From: a virus
Direction: 5' to 3' (one strand)
Virus record (IMG/VR): IMGVR_UViG_2861452123_000001
Location: 13,139-77,138 of that record
Length of the DNA stretch: 64,000 nt
Positions 59,143 to 64,000 of this stretch are shown here, in pieces. The notes under the pieces were generated by a model that had not been told where the DNA came from, made no database searches, and was given only the letters and a program-made list of their open reading frames with translations. A program made the position numbers and the translations under genes. How positions within the stretch are numbered: position 1 is the first letter of the stretch; every line of letters starts with the position of its first letter.

Positions 59143-60285
59143 TTATGCCAGTTGGTTGATGCGGGTGTTGGCCCACTGCGCCTGAGGCGTGCGTAGGTCC
59201 AACCCGTTGGCAGCCAACGCATCACGTCGGTCTGCAAGCTCTTGGCGAATGTCGGTCACGTCGGCCGACTTCTTCTGGTACGGCTTGTACTGGTCGCGGA
59301 ACTTCTGGGCCTGCTGCTTGTTCGACAGCCAGTACCACTCCTGCGAGACCTTGTCCCACTGGTCGAAGTAGAACTGCGCCTCGGGATCACGCACCGGGTC
59401 GTACTTGCCGCCCGACGACTTCTCGGACTTGTACACCGGCCGCAGCTGGCACCGGCAGTGGTTGTGTACCTTCGCCACGTTCGTGTACTCGGCGGGCACG
59501 TCAGGGGCTTCGTTGGGCTGCGCGAAGAACTTGTCGGCGTTCGTCAGAGCGCCAGACCAAGGGTTCGTGCGGCCACCCTGGTTGAACGAGTCCTTCTTGA
59601 AAACCGCGCCGCGACTTGCCAATAGGGCACAGAACCAGCACGGATTCGAGTCCGTCACGCGGGCGTAGCCGATGATGCGCTTGTCGAAGTACACGATCTG
59701 GCCCATGGCACCTCGGCCACCGTTCATGGCCTGCCGGGTTGCCGCGCCCGAGCTGTTCGCCAGCCCGCTGTACATCAGGTCGTCCTCGGGACCAGGCATC
59801 GCGGCCTTGATCTCGTAGTTGCCGTTGATCGTCAGCGACGTAGCAACATCAACCGTCGGGAAGTCTTCGAACGTGACCAGGTGGTCCTGGCCGGGGAAGT
59901 CAACGACATTGTTCGGAATGAGGGAAGTGTCGAAGCGGGCAGCGGGAACGTTGTTCGGGCGCTCCACGTCGGGTACCTTCATGGCCAGTGGATCCGCGAG
60001 CGCATCGGCAGCGAACCGCACGTCCTCCGCAAATACAGCTGCCAGGCGCTGCGACTGCAGGTACGCCGTCTTCACAGAGGGCAGAGCCGCGCTGACCCAC
60101 AATGGGGTCGTACGATCCAACTCCGTGAACCGCTGGATCGCCCACAGGGGGTACATCTGCAGCGCAAGCCATGCGGCAACCGCCTCCTGATCGTCCTGGT
60201 GAGTCGCAGTGCGCCACGCGATGTAAGCCTCAAGTGCTCGTAGCCCCGGATGCGGCTGCTCCTGCTGCTCCTGGGGCGCGGTCAC
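59143..60285 (-). CDS. MuF-like / capsid maturation protein
   Basis: YARVTDSNPCWFCALLASRG...HNHCRC. Confidence 0.88.
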   Translation of the reverse strand: MTAPQEQQEQPHPGLRALEAYIAWRTATHQDDQEAVAAWLALQMYPLWAIQRFTELDRTTPLWVSAALPSVKTAYLQSQRLAAVFAEDVRFAADALADPLAMKVPDVERPNNVPAARFDTSLIPNNVVDFPGQDHLVTFEDFPTVDVATSLTINGNYEIKAAMPGPEDDLMYSGLANSSGAATRQAMNGGRGAMGQIVYFDKRIIGYARVTDSNPCWFCALLASRGAVFKKDSFNQGGRTNPWSGALTNADKFFAQPNEAPDVPAEYTNVAKVHNHCRCQLRPVYKSEKSSGGKYDPVRDPEAQFYFDQWDKVSQEWYWLSNKQQAQKFRDQYKPYQKKSADVTDIRQELADRRDALAANGLDLRTPQAQWANTRINQLA

Positions 60286-62000
60286 GACTTAGTCGGATTC
60301 GGCTGGCCGGTCTTGTTGTTCGTGCCCCGCTGGTTGGCTGGGTTGTTAGGCCCGCCCTTACCGTTCGAGTTGCCAGGCTGAGCACCGCGACCAGCAGCGG
60401 CCGACACCTTCGCGGCGGCAGCGGTCGCGTCAGCGCCCATCTTGGCGGTCTTGAGCGCCGTATCCTGCTGCAGCTCGGCGATTTCCGTGTTGACCGGAGG
60501 AGCCACGGGCGCACCAGTCGCCGTATCCACGCCCAGGTCGGTGATGGTCTTGCCGACCACCTCGCGCAGGTACTTCGACGTGGGATCGTCGTCCAGGACA
60601 TGCTCACGCCAAGCGTCCACCTCGGACTGCTCGACACCGGGAATCTTGTTCCAAGCAGCCCACTTCGGCACACCGAGCTGGGTGACGATCTTGCCCCAGG
60701 CGTCCGCGAACTGCGCCAGGGAGCGCACCTCAACGTCCTGCCAAGTAACGCGGGCAGTGAAGTCATCAGCGTCGTCATCACGGCCCTCAATGAGGGCAGC
60801 GAGTCGCATCACCTGTGCGTGCGCCTCGCCCATGACCGTCTGCTTCTCGAAGAGACGCTGGTACGTCTGCCGACGAGCGCCGTCCAGGGCGTCGGCTGCG
60901 ACGTTGACGACCTGGCCCATGAGGTTGGGCGGCAGCTGCATGACAGCCGCGAACGTCTCCAGGTCGGCCTTGTAGGCGCTGATGAACCCCTCCATGGAGG
61001 TTTCATCGAGAGTGCCGAACTTTGCCTGGACATCGGAGGCAATGAGGATGTCCTCGTTGCCGATCCGAATCTTGTCCTGCTCAACGCCTTCCGGCGTGTC
61101 GGCCTGCTCCAGGCCGGTGGCCCAGCGCACCTTGAAGCTGTTGAAGTGCTGCACCATCAGGCGGTCGAACGCCGTCTTATCGATACGAGCAGCGATGTCG
61201 ATGACCGGCTCCACGTCGCCCCAGCAGCGACCATGAAGGTCGATCTGGTTCACGTAACGCACGAACGGCGGCATGCCGTAGGTGGTTCCGACCTCCGCGC
61301 CAACGGTGAGCTTGTTCTTCTCACGCTTGACCGGGATGTAGTTGCCGTCCGGCAGCCACCAGCGGAACGTGCGATCCGGCAGACGCTCCAGCACGTACTG
61401 CGGGTACTCATCGAAGTACGGGTCGCTGTACAGCGCGAAGCAGTCCTTCGGCGACGTGGCACGCATCAGCGCCATCGACTTCGTGACCTTGCGGCCGGTC
61501 GCCTGATCCTTGGTCTCGATCTTCGCGTCAGTGACGCGGACGTACGAGTAGCCGTAGTTCATCGTGGCGCGGTTGATGGCAAGCTGCTGCATGCCCATCT
61601 TGTTGCGGTTCCACGACTCCCACGCCGCCGCATAGTTCTCGGGCTCGCCAGCCTTGCGGTAGCCGTCCACGATCATCTGCTGCGCGAACGTGGTGACGGC
61701 CAGAGGCAGCCAGGACGTGCGGGCCATGCGCTGCAGGACGGCACGCTCCGTGTTGCGCTTGAGAGGACGCACCTCGGGCTGACGGCCAGTCCCCCACAAC
61801 TCAAGCCAGTGGAGACGTTCCTTCTCCTGCTCGAACGCGGCCCACAGCGTCTTGTTCAGGTACTTCTCCAGCTCTGGGCCCTGCAGCCCATCAGCGGGGA
61901 GGTCGACACACGGAGGCTCAGCCAGAGGCCCGAAGTGCGCGAAGGGATTTACGTTGCCGTAGGCGTAGGTGGGCGAGTTGTTCGCGATTACGGCGGTCAC
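60282..62000 (-). CDS. Portal protein
   Basis: SPP1 gp6-like motifs, after the terminase. Confidence 0.93.
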   Translation of the reverse strand: MTAVIANNSPTYAYGNVNPFAHFGPLAEPPCVDLPADGLQGPELEKYLNKTLWAAFEQEKERLHWLELWGTGRQPEVRPLKRNTERAVLQRMARTSWLPLAVTTFAQQMIVDGYRKAGEPENYAAAWESWNRNKMGMQQLAINRATMNYGYSYVRVTDAKIETKDQATGRKVTKSMALMRATSPKDCFALYSDPYFDEYPQYVLERLPDRTFRWWLPDGNYIPVKREKNKLTVGAEVGTTYGMPPFVRYVNQIDLHGRCWGDVEPVIDIAARIDKTAFDRLMVQHFNSFKVRWATGLEQADTPEGVEQDKIRIGNEDILIASDVQAKFGTLDETSMEGFISAYKADLETFAAVMQLPPNLMGQVVNVAADALDGARRQTYQRLFEKQTVMGEAHAQVMRLAALIEGRDDDADDFTARVTWQDVEVRSLAQFADAWGKIVTQLGVPKWAAWNKIPGVEQSEVDAWREHVLDDDPTSKYLREVVGKTITDLGVDTATGAPVAPPVNTEIAELQQDTALKTAKMGADATAAAAKVSAAAGRGAQPGNSNGKGGPNNPANQRGTNNKTGQPNPTKS

Positions 62001-63553
62001 CAGACACGTCCTCCGCGAGGCTTACCCTCGTAGGGCTTCTTCTCCACGACGGACTCAGCTCGCTTCATGTTGAGGCCCCAGAGGGCGTAGGTGATGGCGC
62101 AGACGCCAGTGATGTCGATGGACGTATCAGCGCGGGTCCAGCCCCAGCCGTTGTATTCGTCCTCGCCGACCTTGCCGCCGATGTTGTACTTGCGACCGCC
62201 ATGCAGGCCGTCCTCGACAGTTGTATCGCCAAGGTGGACAAGGGATTCGTCGTCAACGGAGTCGTACAGGAAGCCGGTAGAGAGCGCGATCTCCTTCGCG
62301 CCAAACGGAATAACCTCGATACCAAGGGCTTCCAACTCGGGGATCAGCGCACCAGCGCGGGCACCTGACTGGATGCAGACCGCAAGCGGTGGCTCAGACT
62401 GGAGCCCCTTGTAGATCGCGTCAATCGCGTCTACGCACCAGGAGACACCTCGGCCGCTGGACTCAATCTCGACCTGCTTACGACCGTCAGCGGTGTATCC
62501 AGCGAGGGCGATGGATGCCCTGGATCGATCTGGAGCGGCGTCAACCGCAAGAACAATGCGACTAGTGATCTGCGAATCAGCAACACAGCGGAGCTTCCAT
62601 TTCTCAACATCGATTGGGGCCTTGATCGAGTTGTCGTGCCACAAGCCGAGGCGCTCACGCGCAAATTCCTTGTCCCCCATGGAGCCACGCTCGACGTTGA
62701 TGATGTACTCAAGGTCGAGGCGAATGCCCAAGGCGGGGTTGGCCTTGTAGTACTGGTCGACCTCATCGAGTTCGCACTTCTCGTCCGCACACCACTCGAA
62801 GAGAGCGATGCGGGCACCGTGCGCCATGCCGCGATCACGGGCCTTGAGGAGGACGGCAGAGTCTTCATTACCCGTCGAGGACGTGTAGATGACTTGAGGG
62901 TTCTTCCGCGCCGACAGCGCAGGGATCAGGGCCGCGATCATCTCCGGTTCGAGGTCGTATGCCTCGTCCAGAATGACCAAATCGCCCGAGAATCCACGGA
63001 TCTGGCCCTTACCGCGGGCCTTGTACAGCAGACGGGCACCGTTCTTGAGGACGATGCCGACCTTGCCGTTACCCGACAGCTTCTGCTTGACGTACTTGTC
63101 AAGCGCAGGGCAGTCTTCGATGATCTGGCACATGCGGAGGTACGACTCGTAGGCCGTATCGAACAGATGCGCCGTGTGGATGATCAGGCGTGTGCCGAAC
63201 AGGAACAGATGGACGATCTCCAGTGCTTCGGTGATCGCCGTCTTGCCATTTTGACGCGGAATGAGCAAAACCGCTTCCAGCGCAGCCCATTTGCGATCCT
63301 CACGCTCTCCGAGGAGGTCGCGCAGGATCAACTGCTGCCATGGATCCAGGTGGTATCCGATGGCATTGAGGAATGCGATGGCCTTATCGCCCTTGCTGGC
63401 CGCATAGTCAGGCATCCAGTAGTTCGGAGGTACCTGTGCGCCAAGCCGGACGCCCTCAGCGTCGAACCAGTTTCCGGTTTCTTCGCAGAGAGTTGCACCA
63501 GTTGCGACCGCCAAGGGTCCAACCGTCCGTTTCTTGGGTAGTCGGCAACGCAC
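61997..63553 (-). CDS. terL: Terminase large subunit
   Basis: IPRQNGKT, LVILDEA, YTSST, AVDAAPDR. Confidence 0.95.
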   Translation of the reverse strand: MRCRLPKKRTVGPLAVATGATLCEETGNWFDAEGVRLGAQVPPNYWMPDYAASKGDKAIAFLNAIGYHLDPWQQLILRDLLGEREDRKWAALEAVLLIPRQNGKTAITEALEIVHLFLFGTRLIIHTAHLFDTAYESYLRMCQIIEDCPALDKYVKQKLSGNGKVGIVLKNGARLLYKARGKGQIRGFSGDLVILDEAYDLEPEMIAALIPALSARKNPQVIYTSSTGNEDSAVLLKARDRGMAHGARIALFEWCADEKCELDEVDQYYKANPALGIRLDLEYIINVERGSMGDKEFARERLGLWHDNSIKAPIDVEKWKLRCVADSQITSRIVLAVDAAPDRSRASIALAGYTADGRKQVEIESSGRGVSWCVDAIDAIYKGLQSEPPLAVCIQSGARAGALIPELEALGIEVIPFGAKEIALSTGFLYDSVDDESLVHLGDTTVEDGLHGGRKYNIGGKVGEDEYNGWGWTRADTSIDITGVCAITYALWGLNMKRAESVVEKKPYEGKPRGGRVW

Positions 63554-63647
63554 GCGTGCCGTAGCTATCGACGTGCGCCCGCCCGACTGTCGTGTGCGGA
63601 GCAGTATCAGTTAGATACGCTTGCGCACAGGAGGTTCGGGACGTTGC

Positions 63648-64000
63648 CTAGTCCGGTAGAGCGAAATCCGCCATCAACTTCGCGATGGGGTCGTCGTCTC
63701 CCGTGTCGTCCTCGGTCTTACCGAGTTTGAGTTGCGCCAAGAGCTGGCGCAGGGCCAGGCGCTGTTGACGCGCCTCAGCCAGTACCGGGTTCACCGAGAG
63801 GTTGATCTCCACGGCTTGCCCACCAGTTTCAGTCATGGCGACTTGAACGGCCTCGTCGGCGAGCGCAACCCAAACCGTCGAGTTCGAGTTGTACATCCCA
63901 GAGAGGCGCTCGATTACGTCTGCCGTGCGGCAGGCTTCGGCCAGGATGAAATACCCGGCCGGGTCAAACGTCGAAGACTCAGTTACCTGTGTCCACAGTT
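63648..64000 (-). CDS. terS: Terminase small subunit (5' end outside the window)
   Basis: NPVLAEARQQRLALRQLLAQL; open to the window edge. Confidence 0.85.
   Translation of the reverse strand, partial: LWTQVTESSTFDPAGYFILAEACRTADVIERLSGMYNSNSTVWVALADEAVQVAMTETGGQAVEINLSVNPVLAEARQQRLALRQLLAQLKLGKTEDDTGDDDPIAKLMADFALPD

Noticed and set aside
57402-62033. Long plus-strand ORFs (407 and 620 aa)
   Set aside because: Mirror frames of the capsid and portal genes

Overview
The whole window is phage DNA: most of the genome of a high-GC, long-tailed actinobacteriophage. Lysin B, WhiB proteins and a DUF2744-type tail protein suggest a Mycobacterium or other mycolic-acid host. There are three blocks. 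(1) 64000->33331 on the minus strand is a complete virion and lysis operon: terminase, portal, MuF-like protein, scaffold, capsid, head-tail proteins, major tail, frameshifted tail chaperone, 2184-aa tape measure, minor tails with SGNH esterase domains, lysin A, holin, lysin B and NrdH. (2) 28715->33224 on the plus strand is an island of small accessory genes, including a KcsA-like K+ channel and a cupin. (3) 28137->1 on the minus strand is an early/middle arm with ERF, a PD-(D/E)xK exonuclease, a ClpP-like protein, SSB, DnaB, two WhiB-like proteins, nucleotide-metabolism genes, an Acb2/Tad1-like sponge, two phosphatases, RtcB and five HNH-type genes. Block 3 also holds a ~5.2-kb RNA operon with tmRNA and 22 tRNA genes covering all 20 amino acids. 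No integrase, repressor or DNA polymerase is visible. The most unusual signal lies in the spacers of the RNA operon. They contain three circularly permuted, anticodon-less tRNA-shaped RNAs (T arm first, closed acceptor domain, D arm last), a 35-nt CCA-ending minihelix, and several other CCA-ended or closed structured RNAs. A phage-specific promoter (CCCTGTAATC-N16-YANNNT) and a perfect CRP box were also found. All structures were folded by eye and all protein calls come from motif recognition; no database searches were run.
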